A stretch of DNA of 64,000 nucleotides. Origin: the human T2T-CHM13v2.0 reference genome, Homo sapiens. The stretch lies in assembly GCF_009914755.1 (NCBI RefSeq), contig NC_060937.1; one strand, 5' to 3'. Below are positions 1-18,789 of the stretch, piece after piece; position 1 is the first letter of the stretch; each line of letters starts with the position of its first letter. The notes beneath the pieces were generated by a model. It was given only the letters and a program-made list of their open reading frames with translations, searched no databases and was not told the DNA's origin. Position numbers and translations under genes: made by a program.

Positions 1-1
1 A

Positions 2-244
2 AGAATAAAAAGAAACGAACAAAGCTTCCAAGAAATATGGGACTATGTGAAAAGACCAAATCTACGTCTGATTGGTGTACCTGAATGTCACAGGGAGAAT
101 AGAACCAAGCTGGAAAACACTCTGCAGGATATTATCCAGGAGAACTTCCCCAATCTAGCAAGGCAGGCAAACATTCAGATTCAGGAAATACAGAGAACAC
201 TACAAAGATACTCCCCGAAAAGAGCAACTCCAAGACATATCAAA
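2..244 (+). pseudogene. L1 ORF1 remnant (end of coiled coil and RRM), C-terminal ~120 codons deleted
   Basis: Frame is open from base 2: RIKRNEQSFQEIWDYVKRPNLRLIGVPE...TPRHI, then runs directly into the ORF2 ATG at 245. Confidence 0.93.
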
Positions 245-4074
<3,830 letters not shown>

Positions 4075-6594
4075 ACAATGAGAACACATGGACACAGGAA
4101 GGGGAACATCACACTCCAGGGACTTTTGTGGGGTGTGGGGAGTGGGGAGGGATAGCATTAGGAGATATACCTAATGCTAAATGACGAGTTAATGGGTGCA
4201 GCACACCAACATGGCACATGTATACATATGTAACAAACCTGCACATTGTGCACATGTACCCTAAAACTTAAAGTATAATAATAATAATAAAAATAAAATT
4301 AAAAAAAAGAAAACCAATGCCTTGTTGTAACAATACAGGGGCATACTATTTGTTTTCTGATTATTTAAATTTAGTAGAACACAAATAAACCAACGGTTAA
4401 GAATCCAAATTCATTACGCTTCTAGAATTCTGAGAAATTAATAAACAGCAAAACTGGTGGCTGCAAAATTTCCTGCAGTCACTTGAAAGTTAAGGTTGGC
4501 GTAATATCAAAATTTGTAAACTGAGCCTGGATTTTCCTGAAGGAGTCCCTTAATCTTAAATAAGTCCCTTAATGTGAGCCATGTATCGGGAGTGTTGACA
4601 TGCTGAAAAGGGCCCAACTTGTTTTTATGCCAATTCAGCATTAAAAGGAACGTGCTCACTGAAGTTATGCATGAAGTGGCCCTGTGAGGCAGTTATATTG
4701 TCCAGTTTTTATTCCAAAGCAAAGAAGAACCATGTTCTTTTTTAAGTACATTAAGAAAAATAATTTGAATGGTGTCTTGGTTTGTCTTGAAATTCAACAT
4801 ATTGGGGACTCAGAGGGAATTTGCACAATATAAGTCAGAAAGTGGTGAATCGTTAATAATAAAAGGAACTATTTTCTAGGAGATCTTTGGTGGCACTCAC
4901 ATAATTTTGCATATTCTTACTATGTGACTATTATTTGTGTAAATAATCTGACTAAACTAAACTAAGAATTCTCTCCCTATAAAGTTTGTGAGAAACAAAC
5001 AATCCTCTTGCTGATATATGTTTATAAATACCCTAGAGTGGGAAAAAAAACTAAATAGGCCGCTCCTCCATTTTTTAACTATTAATGAGGTGTTTATTTA
5101 TTTAAATATAATGCATAAAGTCCAAACAATTTTCTCTTTCTTTTACACTCCCGTTTCTGATTCTCTGTGAGTAACTAAAACTACTGTCAAGCCATGATGA
5201 GATACAGGAAATTAACTTTCCTGTTTGACAGCTGTGTGATCCTTAATATCAGAAGCCAATTAGGTAAGAAGAGAAGAGAGATGACATAACCGGGTAAAAG
5301 GAAAGCTGGTTTCATTGGCAGCCAGAAAATGCCATAATTTATAAACATATATTTATCTTGAAATTGCATATTTTAATATTGCATGCTTATTGTTAAATTA
5401 CAAATTGACTTCTATGTTTAATTTATATCATTTAAAAATCTTTTATTTCTTATTCAGTAGCAAAGACTAAAAGAAAATTTTTAAATTATTTTCCCCCGGG
5501 GATCTCAGAGAAATTTTGGCAATCATTAAATGAACAAAAATGGCATGATAGAATAGAAATAGTTTTTGACTGTCTGCAGATATTTAAATAACACAAATGC
5601 TGTCTGGTTATAATGGATTATTTTAGACTTGATTCTTAGAGAACAAAGGGAATCAGCCCAGAGTCACTTACTGCAAAGTGCTGTAGAATATAATAGTTGA
5701 CAGGAAAATCATTCTTCAAGAATATATCCCTGGGTGAAAGCTCTGAGAGTGACTCCAGGAAATACAGAGCCAACTGCTTTCCATAAAGCTACTACATTTA
5801 TGATCACCTGGAGAGACTAAAGCACCAAATGCAACATTCCTGCTGTGAGTGCCTTCATAGTAAAAGCAGAGAAATTGAAAAAATAGGCAGAAGTATGATG
5901 TTCATATTTAAATGCTGAGTATGTTTAAAATAAGCATTGTAATATATGTTTGTCCTTAATTATTCATTTAGTAATTTAATCATCTCCATTTAGTTATTTG
6001 CTTAATGAACTATACCCATTTATTGAGCACATTTCATTTGCTTCTAGTCTCTGTGCGAGTCACAGGCATAACAAAGATAAATATAATGTTGATTCTGCTT
6101 CCAGGGCCACTCAATCAGTGGGAGGAATGACTACTTAAATCACCAAATAAATGCAATGCACTGGAGGATATAAAAGAAACTGAATTGTGAAATCAAAAGA
6201 GAGAAGACAACCTAGAAGAGCAAGGGTGATTAGGTAAGACCTCACAGAAGAACCAAATGTGGGCCTTAAATAAAATAATAATATAAATTGCATATAATGG
6301 CATATAATTTCAGTCTACCTGGACTTCCTACTCAGGAATTAGAATTTATCTTAGAATATTCAGGAATCTGAAATACTCTTTGCAGTGTGTCAGAATGAAT
6401 TGAGTCTTTCTTCTTATTAATATATAAAATTATTGATACAGCTGGGCCTGGTATAATACAATACTCAAGATATTGGGGGAGTTGAACTAAATACAATCCT
6501 ACTGAATCAAATAAAATATATTTGAGTGCTCTCAGTGTATTTTTCAGCTGCATTTCAATTGTGTCTTCTATTCCTGATAGTCTTAGAAAACAGA

Positions 6595-7045
6595 TATTAT
6601 AGACAGAATAATGAACCCTGCCCAAAATAGCCATCTCCTGAGCCATGGAACCTCTAAATATGTTACTTTACATGAAAAAAGGACTTTGCATATTTAATAA
6701 AATTAATGATCCTGAAATAAAGGGTTATCCTGGATTATGTGGGTAGATCATTGTAATCGCAAGGTAGAATGGCAGGAGACTAGTTTCAGAATGATGCCAT
6801 GTGAGGACTCTAGCAGGCAGGGACTACACAAGCTAAGAAATGCAGACGGCCTCCAGAAGCTGGAAAAGGAAAGAGAAGAGTCTGCACTGTTCTAGAGTCT
6901 TCAGGAGGAAATAGGCCACCACCGTGTTTTCCACCCAGGACACCCATTTTAGATTTCTAAACATCCAGAACAGTAAGACATCAGTGTTGTTTTAAGCCAC
7001 TAAGTTTGTAGTAATTTGTTATGGTAATAATGAGAAACAAATACA
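6595..7045 (+). mobile_element. MaLR solo LTR, MLT1C/D-like
   Basis: GGACTTTGCA..., TTATCCTGGATTAT, CCAGAAGCTGGAAAAGG and the 3' end GTTTTAAGCCACTAAGTTTGTAGTAATTTGTT...AATACA, typical of MLT1. Confidence 0.8.
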
Positions 7046-7239
7046 ATAAATTCTACTGAGAATGTTTTGTATAAAAGATTATAATTACTGTTTATCTTTT
7101 CACTCACCAGTTTTAAAAATGTATGTTTTTTTAACCAATAATAAGGAATAGAATATTTTAAAAATGTTAAAAGAGCTGTAAATTGAATAAAAGTCTTCCT
7201 ACCACTGAACATAAACTGCTTAATTCATAGGAATATTTG

Positions 7240-7268
7240 TCTATCTATCTATCTAATCTATCTATATC

Positions 7269-7311
<43 letters not shown>

Positions 7312-7321
7312 ATCTATCTAC
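7240..7321. repeat. Compound (TATC/ATCT)n tetranucleotide microsatellite; uninterrupted core of about 10 units at 7269-7311
   Basis: Read directly from the sequence. Confidence 0.97.
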
Positions 7322-7388
7322 TTTTCAAGGCCTTATTTATGCAGAAATATACTGTTTATAAACGTTGTCTAAATTGATAACATGTTTT

Positions 7389-7681
7389 CATTTTTTTTAT
7401 GAGACGGAACCTCGTTCTGTCGCCCAGGCTGGAGTGCAGTGGCACGACCTTGGCTCACTGCAGCCTCCGCCTCCCAAGTTAAAGCCATTCTCCTTCCTCA
7501 GCCTTCAGAGTAGCTAGAATTAGAGGCGCCCGCCACCACACCCAGCTAATTTTTTATTTTTAGTAGAGATGGGGTTTCACCATGTTGGCCAGGCTGGTCT
7601 CCAGCTCCTGACCTCAGGTGATCCGCTTGCCTAGGCTTCCCAAAGTGCTGGGATTACAAGCGTGAGCCACAGTCCCGGGCC
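7389..7681 (-). mobile_element. AluS (Sx-like)
   Basis: Reverse-complement Alu dimer with CTCAGGTGATCCGC; imperfect TSD GATAACATGTTTT (7376-7388) / GATAACATTCTTT (7683-7695). Confidence 0.95.
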
Positions 7682-8232
7682 AGATAACATTCTTTTTAAA
7701 GTACATCTGAGTACTCAGTCATCTAATCACATTTATGATCATTTAAAAATATACATTCACCATTGACAGTATTTACAGGAAAGAACTCTTCTCTATGTAA
7801 ATAAGCAATGCTATTTAACACTGATTTCTGTACAACAAATGGGTAGAATAACAATAAAAGTCAATGAAATAACATTGTGATTTACATTAGGTGCCGACAT
7901 TTTACTAATTTGAGGTCCTGTGAAAGTTTTGATTATTTAAAAGATATCACAGTCCAAAAACAGAGAACTGTAAAGTTCTCGTTTGGTTTACTTTGTCATC
8001 CTTGCTGCATAGAAACGGCTATATAATAATTTCAGCATAATACTTAAGGTACACAATCTCTTATTTTATGACCATTTAAGAAGCCTGTGAAGGGATCTTA
8101 GCAATGTGCTTACATAGCCTTAAGGCTTTGTGAGTTTTGAGAAAGTAGAATACTTTAACCACAATTACCTGACTCCACAATGGCCTGGATTTTTTTACCT
8201 CTTTCTACTCCTCTAAAAAAAAAGATTTCTAC

Positions 8233-8548
<316 letters not shown>

Positions 8549-9047
8549 TTACCTATTTCTACTCCAATTTCTCTACTGTGACACTTTCTCTTGTGTTGAG
8601 TAGTGTTGAATTGATTGCAAGAATTTTGGGACATAGCTAAGAGAAAGTTTAGCTGAATGAGGATACTTAGTATATATAGGCTTTAGGAAATACACTTATT
8701 GATTCATTCTCACTTCTACAGATGCTTATATTAGTCAAGAAAAAAGATAGATAATGAAGACATCAAAACAAAAGAGGTAATACGTTAAAGAAAATCAGCA
8801 GAGTAAAGAGATAAACAACAAAGCAAAAGTAATGTGAAAGTAAAAGTAAAGAAAAATACAACTTTTATAGTCAATAACAAATTCAGTTAGATAAGTGTAT
8901 TGTTTTGAAAACTGCCATGGACCCTCGTTATGGCTTTATGCAATACATATGAAACCAAAATGTAGGGACAATTTTTAAAATATAGAGAATATAAGGGAGT
9001 TAATTAGAAGCAACATTGATATTTTTCTGTATTATTATCTGTTTCAA

Positions 9048-9810
9048 GAAAAAAATGTTCAATATCACTAATCACTAGGGAAATGCAAATTAAAACAATG
9101 ATATACCATCTCACAGCAATCAAAATGGCTATTATTAAAAAGTCAAAAAAGTGGCTGGCCAGGTGTCAGATAAAAGGAAATGCCTATATACTGATGGTGG
9201 GAATGAAAATTAGTTCAGCCACTGTGGAAATCAGTCGGGAGATTTCTCAAATAACGTAAAACAAAACTACCATTTAACCCAGCAATCCCATTTCTGGGTA
9301 TATACCCAGAGAAATAGAAATTATTCTACCTTAAAGACACATACATGCATATATTCACCACAGCATTACTCACAATAGCAAAGACATGGAATCAACATTG
9401 GTGTCTATCAGTGGTGGACTGGATACAGAAATGTGGTACATTTGCACCATGGATTACTATGCATCCAAAAAAAATAATGAAATTATGTACTTTGCAGCAA
9501 TTGGGATGGAGCTGGAAGCCATTATCCTAAGCAAATTAATGCAGGAATAGAAAACCAAATTTGGCATTTTCTAATTTATAAGTGGGAGCTGAACATTGAG
9601 TACACATGGGAAAAAGGAGAGAGCTATAGACATCGTGGCCTATTTGAAGTACAAGGAGGGTGAAGACTAAGAAACTGCCTATCAGGTATTATGCTGATTA
9701 GTTAGGTAAGAAAATTATTTGTACACCAAACCCCTGTGACATATAATTTACTCACATAACAAACCTGCACATGTACTCCTTGAACCTAAAAAAGTAGGCA
9801 ATTTTTAAAA
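9048..9810 (+). mobile_element. 5'-truncated LINE-1 3' end (older L1PA, about PA13-16)
   Basis: ORF2 C-terminal similarity (GAAATGCAAATTAAAAC, FTTALLTIAKTWNQ) followed by 3'UTR AAACCTGCACATGTAC..TTGAACCTAAAA. Confidence 0.9.
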
Positions 9811-11527
9811 ATTTCTTACTTTATGAAATTTGTCATTGTTAATTTATTTGTATTCAAGAATAATTTATTTTGAAACTAATTTTGTTTGTTGTCTTATATT
9901 ATGTGTCTTCAAAATTAGACTCTAAATGTATAATTGTTAGGCCCTTATAAAAATCTGAATCTGGCCCTAGCTGATATTAAAAAACAATCATTTAACATAA
10001 TAGATTAGATTTTGATGAGGGAAAAATGAGTGACTGACAAAAAGTTTAAGGTGTCAATGGATAAAAAAGAGATGGAAGATCCAAGTGGAAAATCTTTCTC
10101 TGAAAAGACAAAAAGGTTTGCAACGACTCCCAAAGTTTAAAAACAGAGGTTATCCACTAGTGAGCATAACTGTAGAAGATTGTATTATTATAATGGAACC
10201 AAAAAGCAACTTTCCAGTCCCTTTATGTACTCTGAAACAACTTGAGATGCATAAATCAAGAAAGACCTAAGTACTGAATGTGGATTTTTACAACGTTATT
10301 TCTTGTGGTTATTAATAATAAACCCTTTTGGAACATTACATTCCTCTCCTTTCCAAGAGTGTTTTAGGGCATGGGTGTACTGATACTATTAAATTGTAAA
10401 CTCTAACTGATACATCAGGACAAGTCTGAATCACATCTGCACCACTCTTATTGTATCTCCAGCAACAAACATTACACCTGACAAAAAATCAAAATTAAGA
10501 AGATAATAATAAAGACTTGGATGAAGTTGTAATGGATCAGAAGAGACATACAGAATAATACTGAGGAATCTAAATGGCCCACAGGCCCAACCAGGCCTTG
10601 TACAATAACATAAACTATAAATAGATGAATAAAGATATACTTCAGTTGAGAAAAAGGTTTGGTCCCATTGGAAGGGTAGACAGAATCACAGAGGGAATGA
10701 TATACACCAGGAATGTATTACAGGGTACAGAGCTGTGTCTCCCAGGATAATAGCTACTAAAAGCTCTAACATCATACAACAAATTGATCATGCTTTCTGC
10801 TTATGCTTATCAAGCATGGTCTAACAGGAAAATCTAAGTTAAATGCAGTAAGTGTGATTCTTCGTGGGAGGTAACACCTCCCAGTTGTGTCAGATACATT
10901 TTAATTCTCCAATTTCTGAATCTGTCAAAATCAGAGTTATGAACATGTTAATGATGAATTAATAAGACAAATGGCTACTGAGTTTTGAAAGCTCTTGACA
11001 GACAGCAATTTCTTTCTTCTGCAGCAGCATTATAACCATATTTCTATTATTTAGGGAAAAAGTGCATTTAAAATGGTGAATGTTATTATAAATAAGTAAA
11101 TATCATATATCTCAATAATACAGGGAAAGTATAATGCATCTTAATGTGTCAAATCTTAACAATTGATTGTTCTCTCTCCAGCCTTGCCATCATTTTGAGT
11201 AGCAAAATTATTCTTCATCATTTCATTGACTTTAAACTTGTTACAATATTTGCTTGGGCCAATGAAATATGAGGACAACATAACATATGGCATTTCTGAG
11301 CATAAGATTTGTATGTAATTATGTAGTTTGTCCATTATCTCTTTGAGATTTTGTGATTTGCTGGAAAAAAGAATCTTTCCTCGAATAGCAAACGCTCACT
11401 TAGCCTTGGCCCCAGAATAAGAAGTCAAGTATTATGCATTAGAATCCTGCTGAGGCCAGCTGAGCCCAGCCTACACAGCAAACACCAAGCCAACCTATGA
11501 TTTTTATGTAATGTGGTGAAGAATTAA

Positions 11528-11945
<418 letters not shown>

Positions 11946-12929
11946 TGGATATCATCTTAAATTAATTTGGGCAGAATAGAATTCTTTATCCATACTGCAA
12001 CTGATTCTTTCTCATCGAATTTAGGTGTATGAACAGCAATACCCCACAAAGTTGCTGAAGCCAAAAATCCAGGGATTTCCCTGAGCTCCACTTTCGTTCT
12101 TCACCCCTTCAACAAATCCAGATAAATCATTTAAAAAACCGTGGTTAACATCCTTACTTGCTTAAAATAATCTAATGGTTTGCAATTATACTTTCAAAGA
12201 AATCAAATCTTCCTGCTCTCGTTTATGTCATTGCTATATACATTATTATTTTTTGACTCACTATGCTCTAGCCTCCCATATTTTCTTTGCTTCATAAAGA
12301 TCATTCCTGTTTTATACTATTTTGCACTAGATGTTTTCATTGCCCTTAAGTCCCTCCTAATCCAGATACTCACACAACAACCTTCTTTGGATCATTCAGA
12401 CACCTGTCTTCCCCTCAACACTTAACCCTCTGTCACTCAAACCAAAGTAGTCACCCAAACAAGCGCTCTCAAATGATTCTCCTTCAATCTCTTCCATAGT
12501 TTTCCTCTCCCCTTATTTATCTATTATTAAATTCTCCCATTCATTTGAAGAGTATCTCTAAGAAACATTTCATAATTGCTCAAACCTGAATAACCAGCAT
12601 TAAGGATAGGGGTTGGGACATAGCAGACATTCATTATGTATGTGATAAATGAATGAAATCAGTACAATCACATCGCAATGAAATTAAACAAAAATGCTTG
12701 CAGGAAGATAGTAACACATATATGAATTTATTTTTCGGTATCTTCAAATAGTTAAAATTTCTCTTTTATTAAATTCACAGAAATGATCAAAATAAGGAAT
12801 AATCTTGGAAATAATTTTTATGTTACTTTTGTACTCTTACTTTTTATATTATGGTGATAATTATCATCTCCATTATTTTGAATCTTAAATATTTGATAAT
12901 AAATAATAAATTGTTACTGTAAGATTCTC

Positions 12930-13462
12930 TTTTTAAAAAATTTTATGTTAATTTTTGTGGTTACACACTAGGTACATATATTTATGGGGTACAGGACATG
13001 TTTTCATAGAGGCATGCAATGCGTAATAATCACATCATGTAAAATGGGGTATCCATCCCCTCAAGAATTTATCCTTTGTGTTATAAACAATTCAATGATA
13101 ATGTTTTAGTTATTTTAAAATGTACAATTAAATTACTAGGGACTATAACCACCCTATTGTGTTATAATATACTAGGTCTTGTCCATTCTTCTATTTTTTT
13201 ATACCCGTTAATGGTCTCCATTCCCCCCCACCCTCCCATTATTCTTCCCAGCCTTTGGTAACCATCCTTCTACTCTCTGTCTTCATGAGTTCAATTGTTT
13301 TGAGTTTTAGATCCCCCAAATAAGTGAGAACATGTGATGCTTGTCTTTCCATGCTTGCTTATTTTACTTTGCATAATGACTTCCAGTTCCATCCATGTTG
13401 TTGAAAATGACAGGCTCTCATTATTTTTTATGATTGAATAGTACTCCATTGTATATAAGTAC
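12930..13462 (-). mobile_element. L1MA-type (L1MA2/3-like) 3' end
   Basis: TTTATGGGGTACAGGACATGTTT...GGGGTATCCATCCCCTCAAG...TAAGTGAGAACATG...GTACTCCATTGTATAT matches the antisense L1MA 3'UTR. Confidence 0.85.
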
Positions 13463-14263
13463 CTGAGTAAATACTGAATGGCATTTGTTCTTTGACCAAA
13501 AATATAAGTCAAATATTATACTCATGTTATAGCTTATTGCCTTATTTCCTGTTTTATCAAGCAATATATATTATGCTAAATTCAAGGGTATTTAGTTTAA
13601 CAAATGTATACATTTAATAATAAACATTTAAAAATATATAAAGAGTAAACTTGCTAAAAGTCATTTCCTATCACTATGTATTGTGGCAACCATATATCTT
13701 TATAATAATTGATAAATATTTATTTATAGTCACCAAGACCAAAGTAAATTGGACCAACTTATGACAATACATAACTGTTACTTGCCTAACCCAACTACAA
13801 ATTTTCTGTTATATGTCACAGTTGAAGTAAGTTGCTGGTAGCATTGTTCCTAGCTATGAAATGAAAGGCAAAGAGTATATCTCAACAAATATATTTAATC
13901 TAACGTTTAGTTCTATTTAAATAAATAATTTATTTTGACATTAGCAAAGAAATGAGAACTATAAATGATCAATTGTCAAATTAATTTTTCATATTTCAAA
14001 CATTACTACATTTGGTTTTCAATCAAAATATTGTTTTAATAGAATAATATGTATGCTTGTATGTTTAAAATTTCAAAATAATAAAATATACAACTATTAC
14101 CTGAACTAGGAATTGAATTCAATGTTTTCACAAAAACATCTTGTAGTAGTAAAAATTTAAAATTATTTTAAGAATAAAACTTTAAACATTATTTTAAATA
14201 TGTAAAATATGTGCTTTTCTTCTTAGTATAAATACTAAGAATTTATAATTAGTATAAATACCA

Positions 14264-14293
14264 ATACTAAGAAGTATATATACTTCTTAGTAT
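14264..14293. repeat. Perfect 30-bp palindrome ATACTAAGAAGTATA|TATACTTCTTAGTAT
   Basis: Arms checked base by base as reverse complements, with no spacer. Confidence 0.95.
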
Positions 14294-15205
14294 AAATAGA
14301 TGTACATATCTATACATCCTAACAAAAAAGTGATTATACTGGTTTTTAATTCCTTAACTTTGTTTTTGAAGTTTTTATTCCTATTCTCTTACCAACAAAG
14401 TTAACTCATATTGCTTGTACACAGGCTCAGGTTAATTAACCTTACTGGATTCTTAAGTAGCCCAGGGTTAAATAACACACTTGCAAATACAGAGAATAAT
14501 GACCATTTCAGTAAATTAAGACTATTTACAACAGGTGGGCATTAAAAATGATTCTCCTTCCTGCTCTGATTAATGTACAAAAATTTGTTTTAGTAATTGA
14601 CCATGCTATATAGGCTTCAAAACCTGAAAGAGCAAAGGTATGATGATACGTAATTCACATTAACTGACATTTGCCTGTTCAGAGGAGACTGTATTAACCA
14701 CTGAGATTGACTAATTGCTAGATTTTTAATTTCATTGGCTCTTAAGAACACATTTTTATTTAATTCTAAAAACTTTTGCTTGGATATTAAATTATATAAA
14801 TGTATTTTTTAACTAATTATAAAAATGAATGATACATATCTTATATGTTCTGCATCTTATAACTTACAGATCTTCAAGATGATGTTAAGATGATCATATC
14901 TAATAAATTTTGATATGTCTTATTTCATTTTCTGATCTGCGATTAAAACATGTTTGGACGTTGGACTGATATCATACAATTTGTCAAAAATATAAAAACT
15001 ATTTACTCTCAGCTAATCCATTCAGTAAAGCCAAACTACTTGTTTAATCACCACCTAAAATTATTATAAATTTAAGCAGAAATTATCCATGTATCATACG
15101 TGGAAAAAAATTTGATGATACATATTAAGGCACTAAACTAACTGTTTAACCAAAACAAAACTATTTTAATTGATCTTCCAATGTAGTATTATTCTTCAAT
15201 GAGTT

Positions 15206-15715
15206 TGTGGTAGATTTTGTAATGGCTGCCCAAATGTGTCCGTACCCTAATTTCTGGAACCTGTGAATGTTATCTTACATGACAAAAGGGACTTTGCAGA
15301 TGTGATTAGATTAAGTATCTTGAGATAAGGAGATTATGTTGCATTATATAGGACCCTATAAAAGAAAGGTAGTAGAGTCAAAGGGCCAAAGAGTGTTATG
15401 TCACAATGGAAGTAAAGAGAGAAAGCAATGTGATAACAGGAGCAAAGAGATGGTGTGTAAGTTACAACAGAAGCAGAAATCACAATAATACAGGGCCAGG
15501 AGTCAAGGAACTCAGACAGCTTTTAGAAGCTGGAAAAGGCAAGGAAACAGATCTTAGAGCTTCCCGAAAGAACACAGGTCTGCTGACAAATTAATTTAGT
15601 CTAGTGAAACTCATTTGGAGCTCTGACCTCCAAAACTCCAAGATAATAAACTTGTACAGTATTAAGCCACCAAGTGTGTGGAAACTGTTTATAGCAGCAA
15701 TAGAAACTTAATACA
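15206..15715 (+). mobile_element. MaLR solo LTR, MLT1D-like
   Basis: TGTGGTAG start; GGAACCTGTGAATGTTATCTTACATGACAAAAGGGACTTTGCAGATGTGATT; end ATAGCAGCAATAGAAACTTAATACA. Confidence 0.85.
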
Positions 15716-18438
15716 AAGCATAAAACACTTTCTTTGCTACAATAACATTTATGACTGTACTTCAATTATAAATTATAAGTATAATTATCATGTAAAAAAT
15801 TGTTTTCTACAGTTACTTTTGCAAACAACATGGAAATACTCTTATTCCAGAAATTTGAGTGGCTTGTTCATTTTCCAGTGAATAACTTCCATGTTAATTG
15901 CATGTACTTTCCTGTGGAGTCAGTTAAAGAAAAATGTTAATGTATTTAGGAGAATTTTTCTAAAGGGATTTATTGTTTAATTAACTATAAATTACATGAT
16001 AAATGATCAATTTTGGAAAGATAATATGTACATGAACAAACAAAATTAAATTTAAAAAGAATCATTACTTACCTTCAGTAATACATGAGTGTTATAATAT
16101 TTTGTATCATAATTATCACTAATGATTTGAAGCATACTTCATTACATATTTTAAATGAAACTGTTAATAAATGCATAGTAATCCACCCGTGGCCTGCATT
16201 ATAATTTATTTAATCATCACTATAAGTGAATACCTAGTATTTTTAATTTAAAATAACACTTTTATAACATAACTGTATGTAATAATACCTATGTTTCAGT
16301 GATAACTATCTTGAAAAATATGAGAGTGAAATTACTGAGTCAAATTGTATATACAATTGTAAATTATTGGATGTAAGTAGCACATTTTCCTCAAGAAGAT
16401 TTTAAATTAGATATATTCTTATAAAATGAATTAGAATGTTTAATCACAATATCTGTGATATCTAGTGCAATAAATTATTTATTGTTTTACAAAGTTATAG
16501 AAAAATTAGTATCAAGGTGTTTTTATCAGCATTCATTGAATTTGTGATGTAAATATTTTTTAAATTGCTTTTTATCCATTTATAACTCCTTTCTTCTCAT
16601 TTCAGATTAATAAATGCCTATGTTTACTACTTATTTATGGCTTAACTTTTTAATTGATTTAATTAAATGGTATTTGTTTTAAATAATTTGGGTAGATATT
16701 TTATTTTTTGATAGAAAATATTAAATAAATTTTCAGCATATTATGGGGTTCTATAATCTCTTTTTCTTAATTTTCCTCTTACTTCTTCAATGATACAACA
16801 CTCGCTTATGAATTTTACTTTTATTATGAATTTCAATATCTCTAATTTAAATTCCCTGATCTTAATATTAATTTAATAACTTGAAATAATTGTTTAACTG
16901 GATTCAACCATTGAAAATATAAAATATGCTGAAAGAAGGCATAAACAATGAAAACATTGCTTAATATTTGCTAAGTATAGAAAATGTCAAAACCAAAATT
17001 AACCCATCTCTATGTCTGGCAAGTTCTTCTCAGGTAGTAAGTATGATTGCGATAAATAGTACCAAAATTATCTGTTCCAGGATTACCAACCCCATTTAGT
17101 TAGAAGTTTCTCTTATAGATACAGCAGAATTTGCCTGGTGATTCTAACTAGCCAAGTTTGGATCATATGCCCCATTTCCACCCACCTCTGTAGGTGTGTA
17201 TGGATTTTTTAGGGCTTTGCTTCCTAAGCATAAGAGGAATCATCACAGATACTTCATCAAGGAGGCAGAATTTTAGATTCTAATCAATTTTCATTGTTTT
17301 TGTATTTTTCTTATATCTGAGATGTCACCCATTTTAAGGCATAAGCTGCCTACTGTATATATATTATATTTATATTTATATATGTAATATATATTTATGT
17401 ATATTTTGTCTATTTTCAGACCACAATGGTTATACCTTAGAATATGTGTTAATTCAACATTTCAAGGATATTTTGAAGTTCTTTAATTTATTGTCATTCA
17501 GACAAAGCTGCAAAGGATTTTCTCTAGGGTACAGATCTAGGGGAGTCATTGCTAAATTAAACTGTACGCACAGTTTCAGTTTTACCAGAAACCAAAAAAT
17601 TACAGTATAAATTGCTTTTCTATTTTACATTCCCACAGGCAACATATATGAGTTCCCATTGTTCCAATGTCATGCAAGGCTGGTCCCATATGCACTAGGA
17701 CTTTGGAGAAATTTATCAATGTCATATGGCAAAGTGGATTTATTTTGAAAAATAAAACATATAAGGCCATGGCTAGCAAGATAATAGAAGGATTTGGCTT
17801 TTGTTCATTCTTCTCACAAAGAAGCATGCCAGGATTAAGGCTAGGGCAATTTGTGTAACACATGGTGTGGGATTGGATTCCAACACAGGCACTCTATGAA
17901 TTTATTTCATTCTGTTTCATAGACTGAGTGTATGAGCAATCTTCTCAGTGAGAGTCACAAAAATTTTGTAGGTACCAGAAAGTCTAGTTTCGGTAAATAT
18001 TGCCTGGGACTATCGGTTTCCAGTTACCTGGGGATCTTGTGGTCAGTGGACTCTGAATAAAAATTAATATTACAGTGCAGACAAAGGCAGAAGGATTTCA
18101 GTCAGGGTTGTCACCATATACTTACAGAAGACAATATGAAAATGGAAACATCTTCACCATTTTTGTCATTTTCTTTTACAACTTAAGTTACACTTTCTTA
18201 GGGAAAATTGTGATTTCAGTCATTTTTTATAAAAACCTTTTTTTTTAAGTTTTATATGCCCCATTATGAGATAACTTCATGTAGGAGTTTTCAGTTATAA
18301 AAAGGGCTAATGTTATGTGTTCATCAAATATTTAGTTTATATTTACTATGTACCAGTCACCATGCTGAATTCTGAATTCATTATCATAAAATGAATTATT
18401 TACTCAATAAACTTACAATCTAGTGAAGTAGATAGTTT

Positions 18439-18462
18439 TGTGTGTGTGTGTGTGTGTGTGTG
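18439..18462. repeat. (TG)n microsatellite, about 12 units
   Basis: Read directly from the sequence. Confidence 0.95.
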
Positions 18463-18789
18463 GAAAGAAAGAGAGAATACACCTAATGGGAAGTGGAAGG
18501 GGATGGGGAAGTGAAAACAAAGGTGTTTGAGAGTCTGAACGAGGTACAGACAGTTTTAGTAGGTTTTATGTTTATATTTCTTAAAATGACTCACAAGGAG
18601 TTGGAGAGCACTGAATCAGATTATGAAAGATTTGTAGGTCATATTAAGAATGTGATGTTCAATTACAACTTCAATGGGAAAAATAATAAGGAACAATTTT
18701 AAAAAATTTGAAAAGGAATAAACAAGGTAATTTATAGTTTTTAAAAAGTAATTGAAAGGACTGTATCTAGAAGTTATTGGTGAAAAACA

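Noticed and set aside
17355-17405. TA-rich tract as a structured element
   Set aside because: Ordinary low-complexity AT sequence
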